Under the pieces are notes generated by a model. It made no database searches. It had not been told where the DNA came from and worked only from the letters and a program-made list of their open reading frames with translations. A DNA stretch of 64,000 bases, taken from positions 755 to 64,754 of IMG/VR virus record IMGVR_UViG_3300022919_000005. One strand, written 5' to 3'. How positions within the stretch are numbered: the first letter of the stretch is position 1; every line of letters starts with the position of its first letter. Positions 8,965 to 18,426 of the stretch are shown here, piece after piece. The position numbers were made by a program, and so were the translations under genes. The stretch comes from a virus. Its lineage: Duplodnaviria; Caudoviricetes.

Positions 8965-8981
8965 CGTCAGATCATCTGACG
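8965..8981. repeat. 17-bp palindrome copy 5
   Basis: exact; between a stop codon and the RBS of 9004. Confidence 0.95.
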
Positions 8982-9003
8982 GTCATCAACGAAGGAAACT
9001 ACG

Positions 9004-9471
9004 ATGCCGATCGACCTCACCAAACACACCGCCGACTGCCGAGCCATCACCGACGACGACGTCATGAGCGCGACGCGCGGCCTGCAGATGACGCGCCTGC
9101 GCACCTATCAGCTCGAGGAGCTGGTTCACGTCCACGCCAAGATCGACCTGTTCGCCAGCGCGGTCATCGTCGCCGCCGCGGCGAGCCGCCTGATGCTCAC
9201 CGGCGCGTTCGACGACGAGCAGTTCAGCACCGAGGAGCTGTGGGCCATGAAGCGCGCGCCCAGCGAGCTGTTCAACCGGCTGCTCGACAGCCTCCTGATG
9301 GAGCGCATGAGCGCCAGCTGGTACGAGGCGCTCGCGGGCGCCGCGCTGCTCCCCAGGCTCGACATCGACACGATCACCTATCCGTCGCTGGACGCATGGC
9401 GCGCTGTTGGCGACGTCATGCGCGGCGTGGTCGACGGCGTCACGATCGAGCACGTCGAACCCAAGGGCTAA
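9004..9471 (+). CDS. hypothetical protein
   Basis: GAAGGA RBS, 155 aa. Confidence 0.75.
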   Translation: MPIDLTKHTADCRAITDDDVMSATRGLQMTRLRTYQLEELVHVHAKIDLFASAVIVAAAASRLMLTGAFDDEQFSTEELWAMKRAPSELFNRLLDSLLMERMSASWYEALAGAALLPRLDIDTITYPSLDAWRAVGDVMRGVVDGVTIEHVEPKG

Positions 9472-9472
9472 C

Positions 9473-9489
9473 CGTCAGATCATCTGACG
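9473..9489. repeat. 17-bp palindrome copy 6
   Basis: exact; between a stop codon and the RBS of 9509. Confidence 0.95.
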
Positions 9490-9508
9490 ACTTGTTAGGA
9501 GATAGATC

Positions 9509-9778
9509 ATGGGCCAGCTCATGTCCCCAAACCACATGCCGATCGTCGGCCTGCTCGAAACGATCCCGGCCACCGCCCTCGTGTCCGACTGGACCCAGCA
9601 CGCAAACGGCAAGCTCGAGCCCGAATATGCCGGCGGCTCGACCGTCCACTGGGATGACCAGACGCCCGGCGTCTACACCAAGCAGATCGCGGTCGACGAG
9701 GACGGGGGCCAGTGGCTCCTGTCCGCCTGCACCTTCATCGACACGTCCGTCGATGCGCTCGAGGATGACGACTCGTGA
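9509..9778 (+). CDS. acidic hypothetical protein
   Basis: AGGAG RBS, 89 aa. Confidence 0.75.
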   Translation: MGQLMSPNHMPIVGLLETIPATALVSDWTQHANGKLEPEYAGGSTVHWDDQTPGVYTKQIAVDEDGGQWLLSACTFIDTSVDALEDDDS

Positions 9779-9888
9779 CCCGCGTGCTCGAGACCATCGC
9801 CGAGGCGGGCTACGCGCTCGCCTCCCACCCCATCCCCAGCCTGATCGTCGCGATCGTGCTGTTCGTCATCGGAGGGTCGCTGCCGTGA
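9775..9888 (+). CDS. small membrane protein (37 aa)
   Basis: GTGA overlaps at both ends; hydrophobic SLIVAIVLFVIGG. Confidence 0.5.
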   Translation: MTRVLETIAEAGYALASHPIPSLIVAIVLFVIGGSLP

Positions 9889-10058
9889 GCAAGACCAACT
9901 CGATCCGCAAACTACCGTGCCGAACGACCCCACCGCAATACGAGGTGCGCTGCCAGACCCGCGTGCTCGGCATCGCCTATCAGCGCGGCGCGCTGTTCGA
10001 GTTCAAGGGCCACGAGCTGACCAAGCGCCAGCTCCTCGCAAAGGCGCATAAGCTATGA
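9885..10058 (+). CDS. hypothetical protein (57 aa)
   Basis: GGAGG RBS, GTGA and ATGA coupling. Confidence 0.55.
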   Translation: MSKTNSIRKLPCRTTPPQYEVRCQTRVLGIAYQRGALFEFKGHELTKRQLLAKAHKL

Positions 10059-10345
10059 CCCCCATCGACTACATGACCGACGCCGACAGCTGGCTCGACA
10101 TGGACGTGGGCGATCATGCGATCGTGCTTGCCCATATCGAGAGCGCAGGTGGCGGACCCGGCGGCTCGATCATGGTCAGCTTCGCCGACTGGTCGAACCT
10201 CGTCATCCACAGCGACAACGCCGCGCTGATCTTCCCGCTGCTCAAGCAGGGGCTGGTCAGGATCAAGGTCGAGCGCACCGAGGACGGGCTTGAGGCGATC
10301 GCCGCATGGCGGGAGGGCGGGGCCCCGATCCCGCTGCGCAGCTGA
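10055..10345 (+). CDS. hypothetical protein
   Basis: translationally coupled ORF, 96 aa. Confidence 0.65.
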   Translation: MTPIDYMTDADSWLDMDVGDHAIVLAHIESAGGGPGGSIMVSFADWSNLVIHSDNAALIFPLLKQGLVRIKVERTEDGLEAIAAWREGGAPIPLRS

Positions 10346-10701
10346 TGGCGCGCGCGTCCTCGACCGAGGCGATCGTCTACCGCGAGAGTGAGCGCAAGCT
10401 CAAGGCCGCGCTGAAAGCCGCGCTGCTCGCGGTGCCGGTCGGCGAGATGTTCCTGCTCGTGTTCGACGCAGCCGGCAATTCATCGGTCTGCCTGTACGAG
10501 AGGATCGACGCCGCGCGCGTGGTGTGCCTCGTGACCAACAACGGCGTGGTGCATCCGAAGGGCGTCAAGGACGGCTACGAGATCAAGAAAGCGCCGTTCG
10601 TCTCCGATGCTCGGATCATCCAGCTCGGTCAGCGCGAGACCGCCCGCCGCCACATGCTTGTCGTGCATGGGCTGGGCGTGCGCGCGATCGCGCTGCCCTA
10701 A
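10345..10701 (+). CDS. hypothetical protein
   Basis: TGATG coupling; MARASSTEAIVY... Confidence 0.65.
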   Translation: MARASSTEAIVYRESERKLKAALKAALLAVPVGEMFLLVFDAAGNSSVCLYERIDAARVVCLVTNNGVVHPKGVKDGYEIKKAPFVSDARIIQLGQRETARRHMLVVHGLGVRAIALP

Positions 10702-10702
10702 C

Positions 10703-10719
10703 CGTCAGATCATCTGACG
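10703..10719. repeat. 17-bp palindrome copy 7
   Basis: exact; intergenic. Confidence 0.95.
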
Positions 10720-10740
10720 ACTAGCTATGGGATAACTACG

Positions 10741-11277
10741 ATGCCGATGTTTGGACCTATCCGCACCCAGGCGGACCTCACCCGCCTGATCCCCCGGCAC
10801 ATGCGCGCAAGCGTCGATGCCGGCGGGGCGCCAGCCTACCGCGTCACGGCGCCGGATTACGACCGCCTGCTGGTCGACACGTTCCTCGTCGAGACGGTCA
10901 TGGGCACCGGCGGGCGCGTGCCGCAGCTGCTGGGCCGGATCGTCTCGCCGAACGACCCCTCCGCCTATCCGCGCGCCAAGCTCACCAAGGAAGGCCGGCT
11001 GGTCTACGTGTGCTGGGCTGGTGGCGATACCACCGGCTACGCGGTCAGGATGCTCGCCGAGCCCACCGCGACCGTCTACCGGCATGTGATCCTGCCCAGC
11101 GATCCCCGGCACGCGATGGTCGCCGCGTTCAAGCTCGCCTGCGACATGCGCCGCGCATGGCAGGGTGGGAAGTGCAAGATGTCTGACGCGGTGCTGGTCA
11201 AGGCGCTCGGCGTCGAGCCCTTCGGCAACGCCCCGGAGGTGCTCGACATGGGGGACATGGCCGACCTCGAACCTTGA
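10741..11277 (+). CDS. hypothetical protein
   Basis: 178-aa ORF, phage-like codon usage. Confidence 0.7.
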   Translation: MPMFGPIRTQADLTRLIPRHMRASVDAGGAPAYRVTAPDYDRLLVDTFLVETVMGTGGRVPQLLGRIVSPNDPSAYPRAKLTKEGRLVYVCWAGGDTTGYAVRMLAEPTATVYRHVILPSDPRHAMVAAFKLACDMRRAWQGGKCKMSDAVLVKALGVEPFGNAPEVLDMGDMADLEP

Positions 11278-11302
11278 CTTTGGCCAAATAACAAGCTATA
11301 AC
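11274..11302 (+). promoter_or_regulatory. sigma70-like promoter with TTGGCCAA box
   Basis: TTGACT TTGGCCAA ... TATAAC, 17-nt spacer. Confidence 0.75.
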
Positions 11303-11341
11303 TTGTTACAGGATAAGAGATCAACCCGATAGGAGCCCGAC

Positions 11342-12244
11342 ATGGCCGATCGAACCATCAAGCCCACCAGCCTCGATTACAACTGCACGCACGGCGACTA
11401 CCGTGCCGTCTGGGGCGACGTCCGCATCCGCGCCGTGCAGGACGGTGACGTCGGCAACCCCTTCGAGGAGGAGGACGGCCACTGGCCGATAAGCGTCAGA
11501 TCATCTGACGGTTTCACGGATTACGACGCCGACGGGCAGACCAGCGAGACGCGCAACCCGCTCAACCGCTTCGGCGACGCGCTGCTAGTGCATCTGCAGG
11601 TCAACATCGCCAAGATACTGGGCACCACCGTCAAGGCAATGATGACGGATTACGAGCACACCATCGACGCCGAGCCGGTCGCATATCACCGCGACGGCAA
11701 CGACCTGCGGGTGGTGATCGAGAACGAGCTAAGTGAGGTCCGCGACAGCGAGCTGTTCGACAAGTTGGTCGAGCTTTACGAGCTGCTCGGCATCCCCGCC
11801 TATGCCAAGACGGTGCGCGGCAACTGCCAGGGCGACTGGGCCGAGGTGCTGGTCGTCGCGCCGCCCGAGATCGTCGAGAAGTTCGGCATCGACCTGATCA
11901 AGCTGCAGATGGACGCCAAGGCCGCGCTCACCATGCCCGAGCTGGGCAGCGACGATCTGCCGGCCGCGATCGCCAAGCGTGTCAACGCGCAGTGGGATGA
12001 ATGGCTCGGCGACACCGCCGACCTGTACGGACATTGGGCGTGGGGCGAGTGCTACGGCTATGTGATCGACCGGATCGAGGTCGACGAGGACGGCGACGAG
12101 ATCGATGCCCACGAGTGCGAGACGCTCGGCTCGTGCTGGGGCTATTACGGCTCGGACCATGACAAGTCCGGCCTGCTCGAGAGCGCGCTCGCCGAGGCCG
12201 AGAGGTTCGTGACCGAGCCCGCCCCTGTGATGGAGGACGCATAA
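11342..12244 (+). CDS. acidic hypothetical protein with WGECYGY...SCWGYYG motif
   Basis: AGGAG RBS; 300 aa, very Asp/Glu-rich. Confidence 0.8.
   Translation: MADRTIKPTSLDYNCTHGDYRAVWGDVRIRAVQDGDVGNPFEEEDGHWPISVRSSDGFTDYDADGQTSETRNPLNRFGDALLVHLQVNIAKILGTTVKAMMTDYEHTIDAEPVAYHRDGNDLRVVIENELSEVRDSELFDKLVELYELLGIPAYAKTVRGNCQGDWAEVLVVAPPEIVEKFGIDLIKLQMDAKAALTMPELGSDDLPAAIAKRVNAQWDEWLGDTADLYGHWAWGECYGYVIDRIEVDEDGDEIDAHECETLGSCWGYYGSDHDKSGLLESALAEAERFVTEPAPVMEDA
11494..11510. repeat. 17-bp palindrome copy 8 (inside a CDS)
   Basis: exact; reads as VRSSDG in frame. Confidence 0.95.
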
Positions 12245-12627
12245 TGGCTGATCCTGTCTCGGTCGCCGCGTTCGACCTCGCCTTCGCCGCCATGTGCATT
12301 ATCGAGGAGATCGTCGCGCCGGCGAACGACGGCGCCGGCGAGCCGTGGGATGCGTACCGCCAGCGCGTCGGCATCAACGAGGTGCGCGGGACCGTCATCA
12401 ACTGCCTCGCCGCCGATTGCGACAAGGCATGGACGCGCACCAACAGGCTGTACGAGGAGGCATACGAGCGATACCAGATCGCCAAGGCCGAGAGCGGTGA
12501 CGGCACCACCACGGTGCCTGCGCCCAATGACCCCGGATCGTTCGATTACGAGTTCGTGCCCTTCTGGCTGCGCAACGCGGTCGACTGGTCCGATACCGAG
12601 ACCGGGCCGCGGGTGCGGGGGTCATGA
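12244..12627 (+). CDS. hypothetical protein
   Basis: GGAGG RBS, TAATG coupling. Confidence 0.7.
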   Translation: MADPVSVAAFDLAFAAMCIIEEIVAPANDGAGEPWDAYRQRVGINEVRGTVINCLAADCDKAWTRTNRLYEEAYERYQIAKAESGDGTTTVPAPNDPGSFDYEFVPFWLRNAVDWSDTETGPRVRGS

Positions 12628-12959
12628 GCGCGCCGACTACCGTGCCGATCGAAAAGGTCCGGCAGCTCGCCGACAGCTATTACGAGCTGATGGTGCTCAA
12701 CGACCAGAAGGCAGGCACGATGGCCCAGATGATCCGCGGGTGCATCCAAGCGCTCACCCAGGACACCAACGAGGCGGCGCGCGCACTCGAGCGGGAGCGC
12801 CGGCATCTGAAGGGCTACAAGGCGATCGTGCGCATGCACGAGCCGGCCAAGAAGGTGCGCGAGGATCGCGAGCGCGCCTTCCTCTACCTGCAGTGGCTCG
12901 CCACGCAGCTCGAAAACCAAAGCGTCAGATCATCTGACGGTATCAGCACGAAGGAATAG
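12624..12959 (+). CDS. coiled-coil hypothetical protein
   Basis: ATGA coupling, 111 aa. Confidence 0.7.
   Translation: MSAPTTVPIEKVRQLADSYYELMVLNDQKAGTMAQMIRGCIQALTQDTNEAARALERERRHLKGYKAIVRMHEPAKKVREDRERAFLYLQWLATQLENQSVRSSDGISTKE
12923..12939. repeat. 17-bp palindrome copy 9
   Basis: exact; 23 nt before ATG 12963. Confidence 0.95.
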
Positions 12960-12962
12960 GCC

Positions 12963-13889
12963 ATGTATCTTGGCGTCACCTCCCACCAGTCGGCCCCGCG
13001 CGTTGCCAGCTTCGCCGACGCCCAGCGCGCCCTCGAGCGCGCATCCACCACCCCCACCGGCCGCGCTCGCGCTGCCAAGCCCGACGGCTTCCCGCTGGGT
13101 GGACACAGCAAGTCCGTCACCTGGGTGCGCGAGATCGACGGGGGCTCGATTGCCTTCATGCTCTACCAGACCGACGTCGTCGTGTGGGCTCCCGACAACA
13201 GCGTCCACATCGACAACTTCGGCACCGTCACCACCAGCGGCTTTGCCGCGCGCTTCCTGCCGGCCGGTATCTCGCTCAACCACACGGTCGAGAAGCGCGG
13301 CGCGTCGGGCGGCAACAAGGCGATCCAGTATCGCAGCAGCACCGAGGGCTGCGCATGGGGCTCGCGCCGCATGTGCCAGGGCGACGTCGTGCGGTTCGTG
13401 GAGGACGGCGACGTCTGGGTGCCCGACGAGGACACGCTCGATCCCATGACCTTCCCGGTCTACGATACCAGGGCGATGCGCGATCTGGGCAAGCGCTACC
13501 ACCTCAAGGATTTCGAGCTGTGGCTGTCGATGGCGCCGATGCACCTCGACCTCGAGCACGAGGGCTTCGACGTTGACGACTGCATGGCGGCGCTCGAGAA
13601 GCGCGACTTCCGCACCGCCGCTGTCCACCTGCCCACCATCACGATCCCGAACGGCTGGGGCGCGGCCGAGCGTATCAAGCCGCTGCCGATCGCCGTCGCC
13701 GACAGCAACAAGCCGATCACGCTCGGCTCGATTGGCAAGCTGCGGCTCGCCATCCTTGACGATCAGGGGCTGATGGCCGAGCAGCGGGTCACTACGATGC
13801 CGGTGCGCGAATACCGCAAGCGCATGGCGCTGGTCCGCCAGCTCGAGGGCATGGGGCTGTGCGGCGGCGATTACGGAGCAAGCTCATGA
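12963..13889 (+). CDS. hypothetical protein
   Basis: GAAGGA RBS, 308 aa. Confidence 0.8.
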   Translation: MYLGVTSHQSAPRVASFADAQRALERASTTPTGRARAAKPDGFPLGGHSKSVTWVREIDGGSIAFMLYQTDVVVWAPDNSVHIDNFGTVTTSGFAARFLPAGISLNHTVEKRGASGGNKAIQYRSSTEGCAWGSRRMCQGDVVRFVEDGDVWVPDEDTLDPMTFPVYDTRAMRDLGKRYHLKDFELWLSMAPMHLDLEHEGFDVDDCMAALEKRDFRTAAVHLPTITIPNGWGAAERIKPLPIAVADSNKPITLGSIGKLRLAILDDQGLMAEQRVTTMPVREYRKRMALVRQLEGMGLCGGDYGASS

Positions 13890-14215
13890 CCGAGGGACCG
13901 CGCACCGTCACCACCGGGCTCAAGGCCGGCGACGTCGTCGCGGTCGCCCAGCTGCTCACCCCGCGCGACGGTGGGAACGATTATTGGTGGCGCACCTTCC
14001 GGGTCGTCACCAAGGTTCATTCCAGCCGGTTCGCGGCGCTGCTGATCCTCAAGCTGCACCCCGACATGGACAAGGACCTGCGGCTGGTCGACTTTGGTGA
14101 GAACCCGTCCAAGATGGTCATCACCCAGCTCCCCGAGCCCTTCCCGCAGGGCGTCGCGGCGCTCTACATGAAGGCGCTCCACAAGGGCTGGTTCAAACCC
14201 GGCGAGGACGCCTGA
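13886..14215 (+). CDS. hypothetical protein
   Basis: GGAG RBS, ATGA coupling. Confidence 0.7.
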   Translation: MTEGPRTVTTGLKAGDVVAVAQLLTPRDGGNDYWWRTFRVVTKVHSSRFAALLILKLHPDMDKDLRLVDFGENPSKMVITQLPEPFPQGVAALYMKALHKGWFKPGEDA

Positions 14216-14218
14216 CCC

Positions 14219-14247
14219 TTGACTTTGGCCAACTTCTGGCCTAGATT
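14219..14247 (+). promoter_or_regulatory. sigma70-like promoter with TTGGCCAA box, upstream of the AAA+/vWA operon
   Basis: TTGACT TTGGCCAA ... TAGATT, 17-nt spacer. Confidence 0.75.
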
Positions 14248-14292
14248 GTAACAATCAACAGCACGTTATGCTTTGATCTCTCCCACCCCAAG

Positions 14293-14309
14293 CGTCAGAT
14301 CATCTGACG
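14293..14309. repeat. 17-bp palindrome copy 10
   Basis: exact; 22 nt before ATG 14332. Confidence 0.95.
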
Positions 14310-14331
14310 GTTATCAATGAAGGAATATCCC

Positions 14332-15372
14332 ATGCAGATCGTCAACATGGACACCATGAAGGGTCTCATTCAGCAGGTCGCGATCAAGAAGCACCGCCCG
14401 CTGTTCCTGTGGGGCGCGTCGGGCATCGGCAAGTCCGAGGGCGTCGCCCAGGCAGCCGCGGAAGCCGACGGCATGCTGGTCGACATCCGGGTCAGCCAGT
14501 ACGAGAGCATCGACTTCCGCGGCATCCCCGATGTGCAGGCAGGCTCGACCGTCTGGAATATGCCGGCCACCCTGCCCTTCAAGGGCAACACCCGCTTCGA
14601 GATGTTCGATCCGAACAAGCCGATCGTGCTGTTCCTCGACGAGATCAATCAGGGCGATCCGAGCGTCATGTCGGTCTGCTACCAGCTGACCAATGACGGG
14701 CGTATCGGCGAGCACGAGCTGCTCGACAACGTCGCCATCGTCGCCGCCGGCAACCGGGATCAGGATCGCGGCGCCACCAACCGCTGGCCCGCCCCGCTCG
14801 GCAACCGCGGCACGCACGCCGAGCTGGTCGCCGACATCAAGCGCTGGTCGAAGTGGGCAGGCAAGCCCGAGAGCAAGACGCCCGCCGAGCTGATCGGCTT
14901 CCTGAACTTCCGCAGCGAGCTGCTGCACACGTTCGATCCGGCCAAGCCGGTCAAGGCGTTCGCAACGCCGCGCTCGTGGTCGTTCGTCGCCGAGGATATG
15001 TTCGACACTACGATGTCGGAGGATGTGCGGATCGCTTCGATGTCGGGCTCGGTCGGCGAGGGCCCGGCGGTCGAGCTGACCGGCTTCCTCGACATCATGA
15101 AGTCGATCGTGCCGATCGAGGAGATCATCCGCAACCCCGAGGGCGTCAAGGTCGAGGAACGCATGGACCTGCAGTGGGCGATGGCCACCCACGTCGCCGG
15201 ACACATGGACAAGACCAACGCCGACCAGCTCCACAAATTCCTGCGCCGGCAGGAGCCGGAGATGGTCGTGATGGCGTGGACCTTGGCGATCAACCGCGAC
15301 GAGGACATCACCGACACCAACGCGTTCCTCACCGGCTACGCCACCGAGTACCGCTCGCTGTTCCAGAACTGA
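14332..15372 (+). CDS. MoxR/CobS-like AAA+ ATPase
   Basis: Walker A GASGIGKS, Walker B LFLDE, sensor I AAGN, PLGNR arginine finger, TPRSW sensor II. Confidence 0.9.
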   Translation: MQIVNMDTMKGLIQQVAIKKHRPLFLWGASGIGKSEGVAQAAAEADGMLVDIRVSQYESIDFRGIPDVQAGSTVWNMPATLPFKGNTRFEMFDPNKPIVLFLDEINQGDPSVMSVCYQLTNDGRIGEHELLDNVAIVAAGNRDQDRGATNRWPAPLGNRGTHAELVADIKRWSKWAGKPESKTPAELIGFLNFRSELLHTFDPAKPVKAFATPRSWSFVAEDMFDTTMSEDVRIASMSGSVGEGPAVELTGFLDIMKSIVPIEEIIRNPEGVKVEERMDLQWAMATHVAGHMDKTNADQLHKFLRRQEPEMVVMAWTLAINRDEDITDTNAFLTGYATEYRSLFQN

Positions 15373-15404
15373 TCGGCGCCGGGGCGGCTCCGGTCGTCCC
15401 AAAC

Positions 15405-15421
15405 CGTCAGATCATCTGACG
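15405..15421. repeat. 17-bp palindrome copy 11
   Basis: exact; 20 nt before ATG 15442. Confidence 0.95.
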
Positions 15422-15441
15422 ACTAGCTATAGGACATCGCC

Positions 15442-16608
15442 ATGAACGCGATCACCACCAAGCACCCGAAATTGAGCAAGGCCAAAGCACGCCTGCTCAT
15501 GGATCATCCGTTCTTCGCCACGCTGCTGATCCGCAGCGAGATACAGGTCACCCGCGAGCACAACGGCAGCCCGATCGACACCGCCGCCACCGACGGCGAC
15601 AACATCTTCTTCAACCCCGACTTCCTCGACCAGCTGACGGTCGACGACACGATGTTCGTGCTGTGCCACGAGGTCGGGCATGACAGCCTGCTGCACTCGA
15701 TCCGGCTCGGCGCGCGCAACCCCGAGGACTGGAACGGTGCGGCCGATCACGCGATCAACCTGATGCTGCTCGATCAGGGCATGAAGATGCCGAGCAAGGT
15801 GCCAGGGCTCGCCGATCCGAAGTACAAGGGCCTGTCGGCCGACCGCATCTACGACCAGCTCCGGCGCGAGAAGAAGCCCGGCGGTGGGAGCGGCAAGCCG
15901 GGCAAGCCGGGCAAGGGCGGCTCGCAGCCGGGCAACATGCTCGGCGGCGACGTGCTGCCGAACAAGGCCTCCACCCCCGAGGAAGCGGCCAAGGTCGAGC
16001 AGCGCGCCAAGCAGCGCGTCGCATCGGCTGCCAACATGGCACGCATGGCCGGCAAGCTCACCGGCGAGCTGGCCCGCATGGTCGACGACTGCCTCGAGAC
16101 CAAGGTGCTCTGGACGGACGTGCTGCGCGATTACATGACCAAGGTCGTGAAGGCGCGCGACAACTGGACGCGTCGCAACCGCCGGTTCGACAAGTTCTAC
16201 CTGCCCACCCGCTTGAGCAAGCAGATGGGGCCGATCGTGTTCATCCCCGATACGTCGGGCTCGATGTTCCACGGCGACGACCTCGAGAAAATCTGTTCGG
16301 AGATGGCGCATTGCGCCGATCAGACCCAGCCCGAGCACATCCTCGTCGTGTGGGCTGACGCCGCGGTCAAGGGCGAGCAGCGCTTCGCCCCGCAGGACTT
16401 CAGCTACGCGGCGCTCGAGCCCAAGGGTGGCGGCGGCACCGACATGCGCGTGCCGCTCAAGCACGTCGAGCAGTACGACCCCCAGGTCGTGGTGCTCTGC
16501 ACCGATGGCTACACGCCGTGGCCGGATGTCGCGCCGCCCTATCCGGTGATCATCGTCAACACGACGCGCACGAAGTGCCCCGACTGGGCCGAGGTGATCG
16601 AGATATGA
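15442..16608 (+). CDS. DUF2201-type HExxH metallopeptidase fused to a vWA domain
   Basis: TAATDG, HEVGH, WN.AAD..IN; MIDAS residues DTSGS...GGGTD...TDG. Confidence 0.88.
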   Translation: MNAITTKHPKLSKAKARLLMDHPFFATLLIRSEIQVTREHNGSPIDTAATDGDNIFFNPDFLDQLTVDDTMFVLCHEVGHDSLLHSIRLGARNPEDWNGAADHAINLMLLDQGMKMPSKVPGLADPKYKGLSADRIYDQLRREKKPGGGSGKPGKPGKGGSQPGNMLGGDVLPNKASTPEEAAKVEQRAKQRVASAANMARMAGKLTGELARMVDDCLETKVLWTDVLRDYMTKVVKARDNWTRRNRRFDKFYLPTRLSKQMGPIVFIPDTSGSMFHGDDLEKICSEMAHCADQTQPEHILVVWADAAVKGEQRFAPQDFSYAALEPKGGGGTDMRVPLKHVEQYDPQVVVLCTDGYTPWPDVAPPYPVIIVNTTRTKCPDWAEVIEI

Positions 16609-16916
16609 GGGCCGATTACGCGCTGTTCCTTGGCGATGGACAGCGCGTGCCCACCACCATGCTCGAGCAGCCGTGGTACGGCTGGGATTACGTTGAGCCC
16701 GGCACTGGCGTGGTCGATCAGGGCTGGCGTCCCCTGTTCATGGCCTGCCGCATGCGACGCGGGTGGCGTGTGTTCACGATCGACGTCGGTGTGCATTACG
16801 GCCGGGTCGGGCAGCTTCGGGTGCATGACTGGTGGAAGCCGGCCGGCACCGACGAGGTGAAGCGCTTTCCCACCATCGCCGCCGCCGAGATGTATTTGAG
16901 GATGACAGCGAAATGA
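16605..16916 (+). CDS. array member 1 (shared C-terminal motif)
   Basis: ATGA coupling to the vWA gene; ends KRFPTIAAAEMYLRMTAK. Confidence 0.75.
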   Translation: MRADYALFLGDGQRVPTTMLEQPWYGWDYVEPGTGVVDQGWRPLFMACRMRRGWRVFTIDVGVHYGRVGQLRVHDWWKPAGTDEVKRFPTIAAAEMYLRMTAK

Positions 16917-17272
16917 CCCAGCAGCTGCGTAACATCGAGGTCGGCATGCACTACCAGTGCTGCGGCTACATCGTTGAGGGAGGCGGGGTCACCCCTGCCC
17001 CCTTCGAGGGTTGGGCGACGTTCACCCAGATCGTGCAGCAGAAGCCCGACAAGGCCATGCTGGCGATCGGCCGGCGCGTGCCGCTGGTGCAGACCGGCGC
17101 GACTACCGTGTCGAGCGCGCCGGCACCCAAGGGGCTGTTCCTCGTCTGGGACCTGCGGCGGCTGCCCAAGACGACCGCCGACGACCTGCTCAACGCGCCG
17201 GCGCCGGTGCTGACCAACCCCACCGAGGACGGCGCGGTGATGCTCGCGCTGATCAAATATGGACAGCGCTGA
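16913..17272 (+). CDS. array member 2
   Basis: ATGA coupling; ends NPTEDGAVMLALIKYGQR. Confidence 0.75.
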   Translation: MTQQLRNIEVGMHYQCCGYIVEGGGVTPAPFEGWATFTQIVQQKPDKAMLAIGRRVPLVQTGATTVSSAPAPKGLFLVWDLRRLPKTTADDLLNAPAPVLTNPTEDGAVMLALIKYGQR

Positions 17273-17561
17273 TCGCCCGCCCGAGTGGGACCTGCAGGAG
17301 CAGTGGGCCGCGGAACTGGGCTCGACGTTCGTGCAGGTGTGGTTCTACGAGCGCCGCCGGCGGCGCTTCCTGCTCGAGCCCCAGGTCGACGACGACGACA
17401 CGTTCCTCGAGTGCTGCAGCGAGGCGATGCGCCGGATTGGCGCGAACCTCGCGCTGTGGGACGACGGGGAAATGTGGAATGTACTCGATCGCCGCACCGG
17501 CGACACCAAACGCTACCCCAGCAAGGAAGCTGCAGAAATGATCGCGATCCACCGTGGCTGA
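17259..17561 (+). CDS. array member 3
   Basis: ends KRYPSKEAAEMIAIHRG. Confidence 0.75.
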   Translation: MDSADRPPEWDLQEQWAAELGSTFVQVWFYERRRRRFLLEPQVDDDDTFLECCSEAMRRIGANLALWDDGEMWNVLDRRTGDTKRYPSKEAAEMIAIHRG

Positions 17562-17850
17562 CCCCGTCAGCTGCTCATTCTTCGACACGCTGTTCGGCGC
17601 GCAGATCAGTCAGGCCGACATCCTGCCCGCGACCGGGCTGGGTGGTATGGCTAACCAGCTGCGCACCGCAGCGCTCAACTTCGCAGCCGAGGGTGGCGCA
17701 ACGCTGTTCGCCATCCCCGATCTGGTAATCAATAACGGCTCGTGGCTTGTGTTCGAGGTCGGGACTGGGCGGTTCGCCTATTTCCGCGCCAAGGCACCCA
17801 GCCGCGACGCCGCCGAGATGTGGATGATGCACCGTGGTGAAAAGCTCTGA
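17554..17850 (+). CDS. array member 4
   Basis: ends KAPSRDAAEMWMMHRGEKL. Confidence 0.75.
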   Translation: MADPVSCSFFDTLFGAQISQADILPATGLGGMANQLRTAALNFAAEGGATLFAIPDLVINNGSWLVFEVGTGRFAYFRAKAPSRDAAEMWMMHRGEKL

Positions 17851-18157
17851 CGCCGACGACAAGATGGTCATCTTCCTGGCCCCCAACCAGCAGCTCGACA
17901 TCCGCATGATGGACCGCTCGGGCGACGCGATCTGCAACGCCGCGCGCACGCTCAAGGCCACCCATTTCGTCTGCATCGACGGCTGGTCGATCGCCGAGGA
18001 CGCACCGATCTGGGGCGTGTTCGAGATGCGCCGTGCCGACCCGAACGGCGGTGGGCCCGGCCGCTGGTCGATCCCTGACCCGATCAAGACCTATGTCGGC
18101 GCCGCGGCCGACGGCGCGATCATGTACGCGATCCACAAGTCGAGGAGTGCCGCGTGA
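17834..18157 (+). CDS. array member 5
   Basis: ends KTYVGAAADGAIMYAIHKSRSAA; start codon uncertain. Confidence 0.7.
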   Translation: MVKSSDADDKMVIFLAPNQQLDIRMMDRSGDAICNAARTLKATHFVCIDGWSIAEDAPIWGVFEMRRADPNGGGPGRWSIPDPIKTYVGAAADGAIMYAIHKSRSAA

Positions 18158-18426
18158 TGGCCAGCAAATATATCATCGTCGTCAAGGATGGCGTGATCAA
18201 ACAGCACTCGATCACCCCGCCCCAGGCACCGCGCAAGCAGCTGGTCGCGTGGCTCGGCCGATGCGTCGAGGCGGCGCGGCGTGCGGGCGTCGATCGCTAT
18301 GCGTTCCGGCATGCCGAGCGCTGGTACGTCTACGCCAAGCTCTCCTCCGGCGTGTGGGCCGCTGCGCGGTCGTTTCCCACCGAGGACGGTGCGGCGATGT
18401 GGCTCCTGCACCGGAGCGCGACATGA
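18154..18426 (+). CDS. array member 6
   Basis: GAGGAG RBS; ends RSFPTEDGAAMWLLHRSAT. Confidence 0.75.
   Translation: MMASKYIIVVKDGVIKQHSITPPQAPRKQLVAWLGRCVEAARRAGVDRYAFRHAERWYVYAKLSSGVWAAARSFPTEDGAAMWLLHRSAT

Noticed and set aside
7632-12939. Recurring peptide VRSSD(D/G) as a protein motif
   Set aside because: It is simply the translation of the DNA palindrome.
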